Origin: a bacterium | Lineage (GTDB): Bacteria; Patescibacteriota; Minisyncoccia; UBA6257; 2-01-FULL-56-20 | Direction of reading: 5' to 3' | NCBI GenBank assembly: GCA_027310625.1 | Contig: DAIDAM010000009.1 | Coordinates: 1 to 54,187 of the forward strand | DNA: 54,187 nt | Shown here: positions 44,600 to 53,792 of the stretch, piece by piece | Numbering within the stretch: position 1 is the stretch's first letter | Layout: every line of letters begins with the position of its first letter | The notes under the pieces: model-generated | The model's database searches: none | What the model saw: only the letters and a program-made list of their open reading frames with translations | What the model was told of the DNA's origin: nothing | Made by a program: the position numbers and the translations under genes

Positions 44600-45514
44600 T
44601 TACTGATTACTCATCAGCGCTTCCAGTTGCAGTCGCGGATTCACATTATAGCGCGTCGCGTCGCGTCGCAAGGCGGAAATTTTATGCCAAAGCTCCCTAT
44701 TTTCCTCCGAAGACGGACTTTTTGAAACAATCATAAGCATCGCTTCCAAAAATTTATCCAGGTTAAAATTGTCGTTGTCCAAAAGCGGTTTCAAAAAGTT
44801 TCTCCTCTCCCAAAATCCGGATTTCAAAAATTCTTCGGCATTTTCGCAAAGGAGCTTGAAATCGGCGTCCTTTGCGAGCATAAAAGCGAGCCCCGGCTGT
44901 CCGAAAGATGAATTGGCGAAAATCTTTGCTTCTTTTGCGGCGGAAACCCTAGTTTTTACAAGCCAATTTTCAATGATATCAATCCCAATCGGCGGAAAAT
45001 AAACGCTTTGCAAGCGCGAACTAAGCGTAGGCCACAAACTTTCCGAATCCGAAGCAACGAGAATTAAAAGAGACGATTCCGGCGGCTCCTCGGCGATTTT
45101 TAAAATCGCGTTCTGCGCCTCGCCGGTCATTGCCTCAGCGTCGTTTACAACCGCGGTCCGCCGCCGGCTTACAGTCGGCTTCTGCCACAAAAAATTTCTG
45201 AGCATGCGGACTTGGTCAATGCCGATAGTTCCTTTACCCTCCTTAATTTCATCGCGCGAAATTCGGGAGGATGAATCCGGCTCGATAAACAAGAAATCGG
45301 TCAAAATTTTTTTTGGCCTGCCCGCCCAAGTTTCGCCCTGCGAAATTTGGGAGGGTGAAGAAAATTCCCCTGTTTCGAGATAATTCGCAAGGCAAGCCGC
45401 AAAAAGTTTCTTGCCGACGCGCGGCTCGCCGAAAAAAATGTAGCCATGGCCAAGATTGCCGCTTTCGGCAAGATTTTTGAAATCGTCAATGAGCTTTTGG
45501 TGACCGATTAACAT
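44600..45514 (-). CDS. holB: DNA polymerase III delta' subunit-like clamp loader
   Basis: IGHQ, HGYIFFGEPRVGK, IGIDQVR, MTGEAQNAILKIAEEPP and PTLSSRL. Confidence 0.85.
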   Translation of the reverse strand: MLIGHQKLIDDFKNLAESGNLGHGYIFFGEPRVGKKLFAACLANYLETGEFSSPSQISQGETWAGRPKKILTDFLFIEPDSSSRISRDEIKEGKGTIGIDQVRMLRNFLWQKPTVSRRRTAVVNDAEAMTGEAQNAILKIAEEPPESSLLILVASDSESLWPTLSSRLQSVYFPPIGIDIIENWLVKTRVSAAKEAKIFANSSFGQPGLAFMLAKDADFKLLCENAEEFLKSGFWERRNFLKPLLDNDNFNLDKFLEAMLMIVSKSPSSEENRELWHKISALRRDATRYNVNPRLQLEALMSNQ

Positions 45515-45613
45515 AACTTCTAAACTATAAGTATCAACAAATTTCAATTAGTATCAATTAGTTTCAAGTGATACTTATAGAAATCGATAGAAACTGATAG
45601 ATATTTATTGTTA

Positions 45614-46621
45614 TCACCGTTTGTTTAACAAGGTTTGCTTGTACTTGTCCAAATGGTCGAGAATTATCCCCGTTCCCTTGGCAACGCAGAAAAGCGGGTC
45701 TTCGGCGACGTAGGTTGAGACGCCAAGGAAACGCTCGAAAAATTCCGGCAGATAATGGAGCTGGGCGCTCCCGCCGGAAAGTATTATCCCTTTTTCCATC
45801 ACATCGGCGACGAGCTCGGGAGGGGTGACGTTAAAAACGTTTTGCACCGAGCCGGCAATTTCCGTCAGATGAGGATTGAGCGCGTCCGCTATCTCGTTGC
45901 TGTTTATCATCAAATCTTTCGGTAATCCGTTTATGAGGTTTCTTCCCCGGAATTCGTACTCCATCCTGTCTTTGGATGGAAGCGCGGCGCCGATTTCAAT
46001 TTTTATCTGTTCCGCCGTTTGCTCGCCTATCGCAAGCGAATATTTTTTCTTTACATAGTCGGCTAGCGCCTGGTCAAATCTGTTTCCGGCAACGCGCATG
46101 CTCGTCCAGGAAACTATGCTCCCGAGGGCGATGACGGCGACCTCCGAAGTTCCTCCACCCATATTAACTATCATATGACCGCTTCTTGCATTTATAGGTA
46201 TGCCGGCACCCAATGCCGCTAAAACCGGTTCGCGGACGATGAAAGCGCTCCTCGCTCCCGCTTCTTTCGCGGCGCCGATGACCGCCCTCCGTTCCGTTTG
46301 CGTTATTCCCGCCGGAACGGAAATAATAACGTCCGGTTTGAAAAAGTTCAGATTGCCGACGGCTTTGGAAATAAAATAAGTGAGGAGCGCTTTTGTTATG
46401 TAGTAATCGGCGATGACGCCGTCTTTCAGCGGCCGGTAGGCGACGATTTCCTCCGGCGTTCGGCCAATCATTTCTTTCGCCTCCGCGCCGACGGCAAGAA
46501 CGGAATTGTCAGGCTTCCGAAGCGCGACAATCGTCGGCTCGTTTATTATGAATCCTTTTCCGGGAACGAAGACGACGGTGTTTGCGGTGCCTAAGTCAAT
46601 CCCGATTTTTCTCGTGAACAT
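45614..46621 (-). CDS. mreB: Rod shape-determining protein MreB
   Basis: IGIDLGTANT, PLKDGVIAD, GGGTSE, AEQIKI, LSGG and CVAKGTG. Confidence 0.96.
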   Translation of the reverse strand: MFTRKIGIDLGTANTVVFVPGKGFIINEPTIVALRKPDNSVLAVGAEAKEMIGRTPEEIVAYRPLKDGVIADYYITKALLTYFISKAVGNLNFFKPDVIISVPAGITQTERRAVIGAAKEAGARSAFIVREPVLAALGAGIPINARSGHMIVNMGGGTSEVAVIALGSIVSWTSMRVAGNRFDQALADYVKKKYSLAIGEQTAEQIKIEIGAALPSKDRMEYEFRGRNLINGLPKDLMINSNEIADALNPHLTEIAGSVQNVFNVTPPELVADVMEKGIILSGGSAQLHYLPEFFERFLGVSTYVAEDPLFCVAKGTGIILDHLDKYKQTLLNKR

Positions 46622-46659
46622 TGTTAAGGTATTAAAATGTAAAAACGACCCAGCGTCAA

Positions 46660-46745
46660 ACCCCGCACCTTTCAGCGTAATTCGCACACGACTCATTTTG
46701 ATTTCAAGTCGAGCACCGCAATTCGAAAACTGAAAGGTGCGGGGT
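46660..46745. mobile_element. 86-bp inverted-repeat element (TIR ACCCCGCACCTTTCAG)
   Basis: 16-bp perfect TIRs at 46660-46675 and 46730-46745; GTCAAAC repeated across both junctions. Confidence 0.7.
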
Positions 46746-46774
46746 CAAACACGTTATTCGTTATTCTCTATTCG

Positions 46775-48076
46775 CTATTCAATCCTCTCTATCTCCGCTC
46801 CGATTTTTTTCAGACGCTCGTCGATTTTTTCGTAGCCGCGGTCTATTTCTTCAACGCCGTTTATTTCGGACTCGCCGTCGGCGGCGAGCGCGGCGATAAG
46901 ATTGACGATTCCGGAGCGGAGGTCGCGGACGGTTGTTTTACCTCCGCGAAGTTTTGCCGGACCGAAAATTTTTGCCGTGTGATTGAAACCCTTGCCGTCG
47001 TAATGACATTCGGAATCCGGCGGGCATTCGGTTGAGACCTCGATGCGCGCGCCCATAGAGTTCAAATCCTTGGCGTAGCCGAAGCGGTCTTCGTAAATCG
47101 TTTCGTGAATCACGGAAGCGCCGTTGGCCTGCGTCAAAACGACGGCGAGCGGCTGCTGCCAGTCGGTCATAAATCCAGGATGAACCGCGGTTTCTATTTC
47201 AAGTGGTTTCAAGCCGCCGGCGGTCGGCCTCCAAAACGCGATTCCTTCGCGCGAAACTTCGTATTCCGCGCCGAGACGCCTCACTACGTTCAAAAAAGTT
47301 ATGAGGTGGTCCTGAACGGCGTCGAGAAGCATCATTCTTCCGTTGGTCGCAATCGCAAGGCAGGCGAGCGAAACAGCTTCGTTCCTGTCGGCGATAACTT
47401 TATGCCGTGCTCCGCGAAGTTTGGAAACGCCTTCGATGTAAAAATCGCGGTTGGCGCCGAGTTCAATGATGGCGCCCATTTTCTGAAGCATCTTCACCAA
47501 GCTCATTATTTCCGGCTCAAGCGCGGCGTTTCGCAAAATCGTTTTTCCTTTCGCAAGAACGGCGGCGAGAATCGTGTTTTCCGTCGCGCCGACAGAAGGA
47601 AAATCGAGAAAAATCTCGGCTCCGTGAAGGCCGCGAGGAGCTTTCGCCCTGTAACTGCTGTCGGTAATTTCTATCTCGGCGCCGAGCGCCTCCAGCGCTT
47701 TTACGTGAAGATTCACGGGACGGGCGCCTATTTTGTCGCCGCCCAAAAACGGAATTTCGGCTTCGCCGGTGCGCGCAAGAAGCGGGCCGAGGGCGAGTAT
47801 CGGAATTCTGTTTCGTCGGCTCAACTCAAAGACGCGGTTATTTTTTATTTTCGGAGTCGTAATCCGCGCGACCGAGCCCTTTACTTCGACTTCGCTGCCG
47901 ATGAGACGCAAAAGTTCCGCCGTGATGGCGGTGTCGCCGATATTCGGAAAATTGTCCAGCGTGCAGGTATCGCCCGTAAGAAGCGACGCAATCATCAGCT
48001 TCGGCGCGCTCATCTTCGCGCCGGCAAGTTTAATCCCGCCTTCCAGTTTCTTTCCGCCGCGAACAATAAATTTCAT
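46775..48076 (-). CDS. murA: UDP-N-acetylglucosamine 1-carboxyvinyltransferase
   Basis: GGDKIGARP, PSVGATEN, NAALEPE, HPGFMTDWQ, ETIYEDRF, DLRSG and IDRGYE. Confidence 0.95.
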   Translation of the reverse strand: MKFIVRGGKKLEGGIKLAGAKMSAPKLMIASLLTGDTCTLDNFPNIGDTAITAELLRLIGSEVEVKGSVARITTPKIKNNRVFELSRRNRIPILALGPLLARTGEAEIPFLGGDKIGARPVNLHVKALEALGAEIEITDSSYRAKAPRGLHGAEIFLDFPSVGATENTILAAVLAKGKTILRNAALEPEIMSLVKMLQKMGAIIELGANRDFYIEGVSKLRGARHKVIADRNEAVSLACLAIATNGRMMLLDAVQDHLITFLNVVRRLGAEYEVSREGIAFWRPTAGGLKPLEIETAVHPGFMTDWQQPLAVVLTQANGASVIHETIYEDRFGYAKDLNSMGARIEVSTECPPDSECHYDGKGFNHTAKIFGPAKLRGGKTTVRDLRSGIVNLIAALAADGESEINGVEEIDRGYEKIDERLKKIGAEIERIE

Positions 48077-48139
48077 GCTCTCAATTTTCGTTCAGTCGCT
48101 TACTATAATTAAATAACAATTGTGATATAATGATAGTAA

Positions 48140-49576
48140 TCAGCGTTCTAACTTGGAATTTAGTGTTTCTGAAAGCTTCTTAATCGGGATACGCTCCTGT
48201 TTTGCCGTGTCGCGAACGCGGACGGTAACGTCTTCCTTTTCCAAACTTTCAAAATCAACGGTAATGCAAAACGGCGTGCCGATTTCGTCCTGCGAATAAT
48301 AACGCTTGCCGATATTTCCCCGGTCGTCCCAGGCGACCGTAAATTTCTGCCGCAAGTCGTCATAAATTTTCCGGGCGAGTTTCACCAGCTCCGGCTTGTT
48401 CGCCAAAAGCGGGAATACTGCGGCTTTGTAGGGCGCTAGTTTCGGCGGCAATTTCAAAACAACCCTGTCTTTGTCTTCATGATACGCTTCAAGAAGCGTA
48501 ACCAAAACCGAACGGTCGATGCCGAACGTCGGCTCGATGACATGCGGAAAAAATTCTTTTCCGGTATCCGGGTCGCGGTACGGTGCATCTTTAAAGTGAT
48601 TTTTCAAATCGAAATCCGTGCGATAAGCAAGTCCGTATAATTCTTTTTGCCCGAAAGGATATTCGTATTCAAAGTCAATCGTTCTTTTGGAATAATGCGC
48701 GCGCTCTTCGGGAGAAATTTCCACTTCGTGCACTTTTTTGTAATTGACACCGAGGTCTTTCGTGAGCCATTCCTTCATTTCCTTCCGCCAGTATTCAAAC
48801 CACTTTTCCCAGTCCTTTTCTTCGATGAAGTATTCAAATTCCATCAGATTGAACTCCCGCGTGCGGAAAATGAAATTTCCCGGCGTGATTTCGTTCCGGA
48901 ACGATTTCCCCTGTGAAGCGATGCCGAACGGCAGCTTTTTCCGCATCGTTTCCTGAATCAGTTTGAAATTGACAAACATCGCCTGGGCGATTTCGGGACG
49001 GAAGTAAACTTTGTTGGCTTTTTCTTCGGTGGGACCAAGATGGGCTCTGAGCATTAAATTGAATTGCCTTTCTTCAGTAAAGTCCTTTGGGTTTTTGTTA
49101 TTACACTTGATGCAACCTTTTTCGCTTATTCTTTTTTCAAGAATTTCATTCATCCGAGCAGCGACTTCATTCATAAAGCCTGCGGAAAGTGGCTTGCTTT
49201 TAGGAGGTTGCTTTTGCAAATCTTTCCTCAAATTAGTTAAATCGTTGGGTTCGTAAAAATCAGAGTCTCGATATCTTGAGTGACATTTTTTACATTCAAT
49301 AAGTGGGTCGGTGAAATTTTCTAAATGCCCGCTCGCTTCCCAAACTTTGGGATTCATTATTACTGCCGCGTCCACACCGACCATATCGTCGCGCCGATGG
49401 ACAAATCTGTCCCACCACAGCTGTTCAATATTTCTTTTCAATTCCACCCCCAGCGGCCCGTAATCATAACTATTAGAAAGACCACCATAAATTTCTGAAC
49501 CAGGAAAAACAAAACCTCGGCGTTTTGCCAAACTGACAATTTTATCCATCAAGTTGTTATCCTTTTTTGTGTTCAT
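48140..49576 (-). CDS. glyQS: Glycine--tRNA ligase, alpha2 type
   Basis: KRRGFVFPGSEIYGG, WEASGH, FRPEIAQ, FRNEITP, FRTREF, IEPTFG and IGKRY..QDEIGTP. Confidence 0.95.
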   Translation of the reverse strand: MNTKKDNNLMDKIVSLAKRRGFVFPGSEIYGGLSNSYDYGPLGVELKRNIEQLWWDRFVHRRDDMVGVDAAVIMNPKVWEASGHLENFTDPLIECKKCHSRYRDSDFYEPNDLTNLRKDLQKQPPKSKPLSAGFMNEVAARMNEILEKRISEKGCIKCNNKNPKDFTEERQFNLMLRAHLGPTEEKANKVYFRPEIAQAMFVNFKLIQETMRKKLPFGIASQGKSFRNEITPGNFIFRTREFNLMEFEYFIEEKDWEKWFEYWRKEMKEWLTKDLGVNYKKVHEVEISPEERAHYSKRTIDFEYEYPFGQKELYGLAYRTDFDLKNHFKDAPYRDPDTGKEFFPHVIEPTFGIDRSVLVTLLEAYHEDKDRVVLKLPPKLAPYKAAVFPLLANKPELVKLARKIYDDLRQKFTVAWDDRGNIGKRYYSQDEIGTPFCITVDFESLEKEDVTVRVRDTAKQERIPIKKLSETLNSKLER

Positions 49577-49634
49577 ATATACGAATTAGTAATATTCGTA
49601 TCATTCGCATGTATTCGTATATTGGTATCGCGCT

Positions 49635-51464
49635 TCATTTCTGCACCGCTCTGTCCACAGAACCGCTTATCGTCGTATCGTCCGGCAAAAGCGTCGTCAT
49701 CTCGCGATAAGAATTAGAAAGCTTGGTTCCCGTGAAATTGTCGTCTGCTTCTATCCCGGTGCTTCCGAGGAAAGTGACGTATTGCCCGACCTGGTTCGGC
49801 GCGGGCGTTAGTTCAACCTGAAAAATTGCTTCCGGCGGCGTGCTTACCACCCCCTTCGTCGCCATTATTGTTCCCAATTCCCATGTGACTTTTCCCGTCG
49901 TTTGATCGTAGACCGGCTGACTGCTTGCGTTTGATTTTACTTTGCCCGTCCAGCGCGCCCCGGATTGAAGAAAAGCGGAAACAACGGCGTTGGAAACATC
50001 CGTGGAGTAATTGTAAACAATCCAGTGAATTGTGTATTGCGTGGGTGAGCCGACGCGGGGCGGATAGTAACCGCCGTTCAAAATTCCCGAAGCGGCGTCG
50101 CGCCAGAACGCCTTTGCAGCCACTTCAATTTTGCCCATAACCTTGGTCTCCAGCGCGGCGACGGACATCGTCTTCGTGGCGCTCGTTCCCGGCGGAACGG
50201 TCGGCGATTCTATCTGAACATCAAGTTTCAGGACATAGTTTTTGTCGCTTATCCGCCGTATCGGAAAATTTTCCTTAAGACGTACGTCAAGCGTCAGCGT
50301 TCCCTCGCCGCCAGGCAATACCTGCGAAAGAGCGGACGTGTTCGCCGTTATCCACGTGAAAGTGTTGCTGCGCGCGTCAAAAAATGCGTCTGTTTTCACG
50401 GTTGAAAAATCAAACATCTCGCTGCTGAGTTTCGCTCTCACGACGACGTTATTCATCGCCGCCGACGAGCCGTTTTTGTAGCGGAGATTGTAAATAATTT
50501 CCTCGCCCGCGCGCGCGACGTAATCCGGCGAGCCGTTCACCGAAGGAGAAACGGAAAGCGGCGACTCGGAAATGGAGACATTTGCCGTTTGCTCCGCTAT
50601 TGAAAAGTTCTGCCCTTTGAAAACGGTGGATACGATTCCACTGAAATCGAAAGAGGAATTGCTCGCGCCGACGAGATTCCCCGTTATCGTAATGGAGCCA
50701 GTGGCGTTCTTCGGCAGTTTCCCCAAATCCCACGTGTCATTTCCCGGGGACCCCGCCTGCACAGGCAGGTTTTCGGCGCTCGCTTTCACGAAATTGAAAC
50801 TCTGCGGGTAGTTCATTTTCAAAACGGCGCTGCTCTGAAAGTCCTGTCTGGTGTTATTTTGATATTTCACAACCATATCGAAATTGATGCCGCTGAAAAC
50901 GCCCTGTGGAACATCGAAACTCAAACCGATGGCTTGTTCCTCGAAAGAGAAATCAAAACTTTTTCTCGTCTCAAACTCCGCCGTTGAACCGCCGAGCCGA
51001 TAGGAGAGCCGCGCCTCAATACGCTTCACGAACTGGCCGGAACTGACCGCTATTATGTTGTAGACGTTCGGGTTTATGCTCCCGGGACCGACATCGCCGA
51101 CATTCGTCTCAATCACGCGCTGACTGCCGGAGCCGTCAAGATAAGAAACGCCCTCGGGAAGATAAACCGAGAGGACGGCGTTTTTGAGAACCTGCTCGGA
51201 ATTGTTGGAAAACGAAACAGTAACTCTGAAGGGCTGGCCGGAAAGGATTCTGCCGGGATCGGAAAATTCCACGGAAACGTCCGCCCCCGCCGTGCGCATA
51301 AAAAAGTAGTAATAACCGAAGCCGGCAAGCGCAATCACCAAAACAAAAACGAAAATTTTAGAAAAAGCGGACATTTTTGATGTTTCGGTTGGCGGTTCAT
51401 TTTCTCCGAATCCGCCGATGTTTTTGTCTTCGGCCCAAGGCGATTTAATTCTTCCCTCATCCAT
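49635..51464 (-). CDS. Membrane-anchored exported protein with tandem Ig/DUF11-like beta domains
   Basis: N-terminal TM and repeated beta-sandwich motifs (V.LPEGVSY, WDLGKL, FTW, VTWELG). Confidence 0.8.
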   Translation of the reverse strand: MDEGRIKSPWAEDKNIGGFGENEPPTETSKMSAFSKIFVFVLVIALAGFGYYYFFMRTAGADVSVEFSDPGRILSGQPFRVTVSFSNNSEQVLKNAVLSVYLPEGVSYLDGSGSQRVIETNVGDVGPGSINPNVYNIIAVSSGQFVKRIEARLSYRLGGSTAEFETRKSFDFSFEEQAIGLSFDVPQGVFSGINFDMVVKYQNNTRQDFQSSAVLKMNYPQSFNFVKASAENLPVQAGSPGNDTWDLGKLPKNATGSITITGNLVGASNSSFDFSGIVSTVFKGQNFSIAEQTANVSISESPLSVSPSVNGSPDYVARAGEEIIYNLRYKNGSSAAMNNVVVRAKLSSEMFDFSTVKTDAFFDARSNTFTWITANTSALSQVLPGGEGTLTLDVRLKENFPIRRISDKNYVLKLDVQIESPTVPPGTSATKTMSVAALETKVMGKIEVAAKAFWRDAASGILNGGYYPPRVGSPTQYTIHWIVYNYSTDVSNAVVSAFLQSGARWTGKVKSNASSQPVYDQTTGKVTWELGTIMATKGVVSTPPEAIFQVELTPAPNQVGQYVTFLGSTGIEADDNFTGTKLSNSYREMTTLLPDDTTISGSVDRAVQK

Positions 51465-51999
51465 TATCTATAAATAATATCTCGCCCGCCCGAAGTTTTG
51501 AAGCGCAGCTTTTGCAGAAAAATTCCTGCGTCTTCGGCTTGAACGAATGCGGTTTTGCGCCGCACTCCGAGCAGGAAGCGAAACTCGCGTCCCAGCCGAG
51601 AACTTTTAATGTCTCTTTCCAAGGAAACATCAGCCAATCGCCGGCTCGCCCACCCAAATTTTGCCTAACATAATTTGGGCGGGTAAACATCTCCCAAATA
51701 TGAACATCCGGCTCAAGTTCCGCAAGAAGTTCGCCGAGAAAGGCGAGTTCCCGCGGAGAAAATCCGGATTTCGACTTTTTGAGCGCGTCCACCACCTGCA
51801 GGTCGTTTTTCTCCACGAGACGTATTTGTACAAGATTTCCCGGCTGGAGATGCCCGGAAAGTTTGGAAGTCATTTTTTTGACGCTTTTCGCTTTGGCGAC
51901 AATTTTCCCGAAGCGTTTCGTCAAAAAAACGACGCGCTCGTCCAAGTCGCCGTTCGGCAACCGGTCCAAAACAACGGCTTCGCTTGAGTATTCGTACAT
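51457..51999 (-). CDS. recO: DNA repair protein RecO (short form)
   Basis: EAVVL...GDLD..V.FLTKRFGKI.A.AKSVKKMTSKL.GHL OB-fold; C-terminal CSEC...CKSC zinc finger. Confidence 0.85.
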   Translation of the reverse strand: MYEYSSEAVVLDRLPNGDLDERVVFLTKRFGKIVAKAKSVKKMTSKLSGHLQPGNLVQIRLVEKNDLQVVDALKKSKSGFSPRELAFLGELLAELEPDVHIWEMFTRPNYVRQNLGGRAGDWLMFPWKETLKVLGWDASFASCSECGAKPHSFKPKTQEFFCKSCASKLRAGEILFIDNG

Positions 52000-52026
52000 T
52001 AGGTAGATTTTAACAAAATCATCGTG

Positions 52027-52110
52027 TGCCGCGGGAGAGAATCGAACTCTCATGAGGTTGCCCTCGCAGGATTTTGAGTCCTGTGCGTCTGCCAGTTCCG
52101 CCACCGCGGC
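52027..52110 (-). tRNA. tRNA-Leu(CAA)
   Basis: GCCGCGG...CCGCGGC-A. Anticodon arm CAGGA-CTCAAAA-TCCTG, long variable arm. Confidence 0.96.
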
Positions 52111-52213
52111 AAATCTAATAAATTCAACCCGATTTCGTTGCTAAAATCAAGAAAAATCTGTATCGTTAAACTATATTCTAGATTCTAGCTTCTAGATTCT
52201 AAATTCTATCTCT

Positions 52214-53032
52214 ATGGCTCGCGTTATCGCAATCTGCAACGCAAAAGGCGGCGTCGGTAAAACGACAACGGCGGTGAACTTGGGCGCGTATCTCGCGTCA
52301 ATGGGACGGCGCGTTCTTCTCGTTGATTTCGACCCGCAGGCGAACGCCAGTTCCGCGCTCGGCAGCGACCCGCTCAAAACCGACAAAAGCATTTATCACG
52401 GAATAATAAAGGAAGCGCATCCCGAGCACATCGTCAAGCCGACGATGCTTTTCAATTTTCATTTCATTCCGTCGGCGCCACATCTTGCCGGCATTCTCGT
52501 GGAGTTCGTGAATCTTCCAGAGCGCGAGCATTTTTTGAGAAAGTTTTTACATTCCCTAAGGCATCAGTACGATTACATAATTATTGACCTCCCGCCGAGC
52601 TTGAGTTTGCTGACAATCAACGGCCTGATTGCCGCCGACGAAGTGCTCATTCCCGTGCAAACGGAATACTACAGTTTGGAGGGCATCGGCCAGTTGCTCG
52701 AAATCATCGGCTTGATAAGAAAAAATCTCGGACACGATTTGAAAGTGAGCGGCGCGCTTCTGACGATGTACGACAAGCGCGAGCACTTGAGCCGCGAAGT
52801 AGCCAAAAACCTCCGTTCCCATTTCCCCCACCGCGTTTTTGAAACCGAAATTCCGCGGAGCGTGGCGCTTGCCGAAGCGCCGAGTTTTTCAAAACCGATA
52901 ATCCTCTACCGCCCCGACTCCAGCGGCGCGGAGGCCTACAAGCGGCTCGCCGACGAAATAATTTCACAGGAAGCGCCAAAAATTGAGCAATCAATTTCAA
53001 CTCCTGACTTTGGTAATTTCAACATTGTATAA
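52214..53032 (+). CDS. parA: Chromosome partitioning ATPase ParA/Soj
   Basis: KGGVGKTTT, DFDPQANAS, IIDLPPSL, IPVQTEYY and IPRSVALAEAPS. Confidence 0.96.
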   Translation: MARVIAICNAKGGVGKTTTAVNLGAYLASMGRRVLLVDFDPQANASSALGSDPLKTDKSIYHGIIKEAHPEHIVKPTMLFNFHFIPSAPHLAGILVEFVNLPEREHFLRKFLHSLRHQYDYIIIDLPPSLSLLTINGLIAADEVLIPVQTEYYSLEGIGQLLEIIGLIRKNLGHDLKVSGALLTMYDKREHLSREVAKNLRSHFPHRVFETEIPRSVALAEAPSFSKPIILYRPDSSGAEAYKRLADEIISQEAPKIEQSISTPDFGNFNIV

Positions 53033-53086
53033 AATTAAGGAGAATTATGCATAAAATCGCCTTGTTTCCTGTGGGGATAATTACTA

Positions 53087-53116
53087 TTGACAAATGCAAA
53101 AGGTCTCAAGTACAAT
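53087..53116 (+). promoter_or_regulatory. Putative sigma70 promoter
   Basis: TTGACA-18 nt-TACAAT. Confidence 0.6.
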
Positions 53117-53122
53117 GCATTT

Positions 53123-53195
53123 AAAGAAATCCTTATCGTATGCTTCGGCGACGATAAGCAACGGAAGGGGGCGAAAGTCCCCTTCTGTTTTTTTT
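53123..53195 (+). ncRNA. Candidate small RNA/leader: UUCG hairpin plus GAAA-capped terminator hairpin
   Basis: CTTATCGT..GCTTCGGC..ACGATAAG (53132-53158); ACGGAAGGGGGC-GAAA-GTCCCCTTCTGT (53161-53188) followed by a T-run. Confidence 0.55.
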
Positions 53196-53211
53196 GTGTA
53201 TAATTTAAAGC

Positions 53212-53784
53212 ATGAGCAGGGTATCTGTATTCATAGATAATAGCAACGTATTCAAAAACATAAAAGCGATTAGAGATTACGGAGATAAAAGGTGGGTACA
53301 ATTGTATGATCCTCTAAAACTCGCGCAGAAACTTGCCGGGAACAGACAACTTGTGAAAGTTCATTTTTATTGTGTCCCGCCGCCGCCATGGCTTTTAACA
53401 GAAGGAGAAGAGAGCAAAAAAAGACATCTTATCGCTTCGAAGTATTATTCAGAGATAGCAAAGCTACAGAATGTAGAACTCAAATACGGATATTTACAGG
53501 GAGACAAAAAAGGTCCCCACGAAAAGAATATTGATACACAACTCGGAACCGATATGGTTGCAGATGCAGCTTTGGGTTTATATGATACCGCGATACTTGT
53601 TTCGAACGACGGCGATTACTCAAGTGCAATCGCGAACACAAAAAGATTAGGTAAAAAGGTAGAACTGTTATTTTTCAAAGGGTACATTTCTGGCTCTCTT
53701 GTAATGAGTTGCGATGTAAGAAGGAGGGCGCGGATGTCTTTTTTTGAAAGGTTGGATTTAGATTTAAATAATTTTGTGGAATAA
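53212..53784 (+). CDS. NYN (LabA/DUF88, PIN-like) domain ribonuclease
   Basis: VFIDNSN, EKNIDTQLGTDM, AILVSNDGDY and GKKVE; AT-rich relative to its neighbours. Confidence 0.9.
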   Translation: MSRVSVFIDNSNVFKNIKAIRDYGDKRWVQLYDPLKLAQKLAGNRQLVKVHFYCVPPPPWLLTEGEESKKRHLIASKYYSEIAKLQNVELKYGYLQGDKKGPHEKNIDTQLGTDMVADAALGLYDTAILVSNDGDYSSAIANTKRLGKKVELLFFKGYISGSLVMSCDVRRRARMSFFERLDLDLNNFVE

Positions 53785-53792
53785 TTTTTATT

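Noticed and set aside
9156-48112. Long antisense ORFs (e.g. 9156-10103, 15062-15832, 18226-19110, 20206-21234, 29195-29977, 47105-48112)
   Set aside because: Shadow frames opposite well-supported genes, with no recognisable motifs.
52000-52104. N-terminal extension of recO in the ORF track (likewise extensions of hisS, lepB, mreB, AI-2E and ybeY)
   Set aside because: The extensions overlap tRNA-Leu, neighbouring genes or repeat elements; downstream ATGs match the family N-termini.
52110-53100. Replication origin near the strand switch at parA
   Set aside because: No cluster of DnaA boxes and no dnaA in the window.
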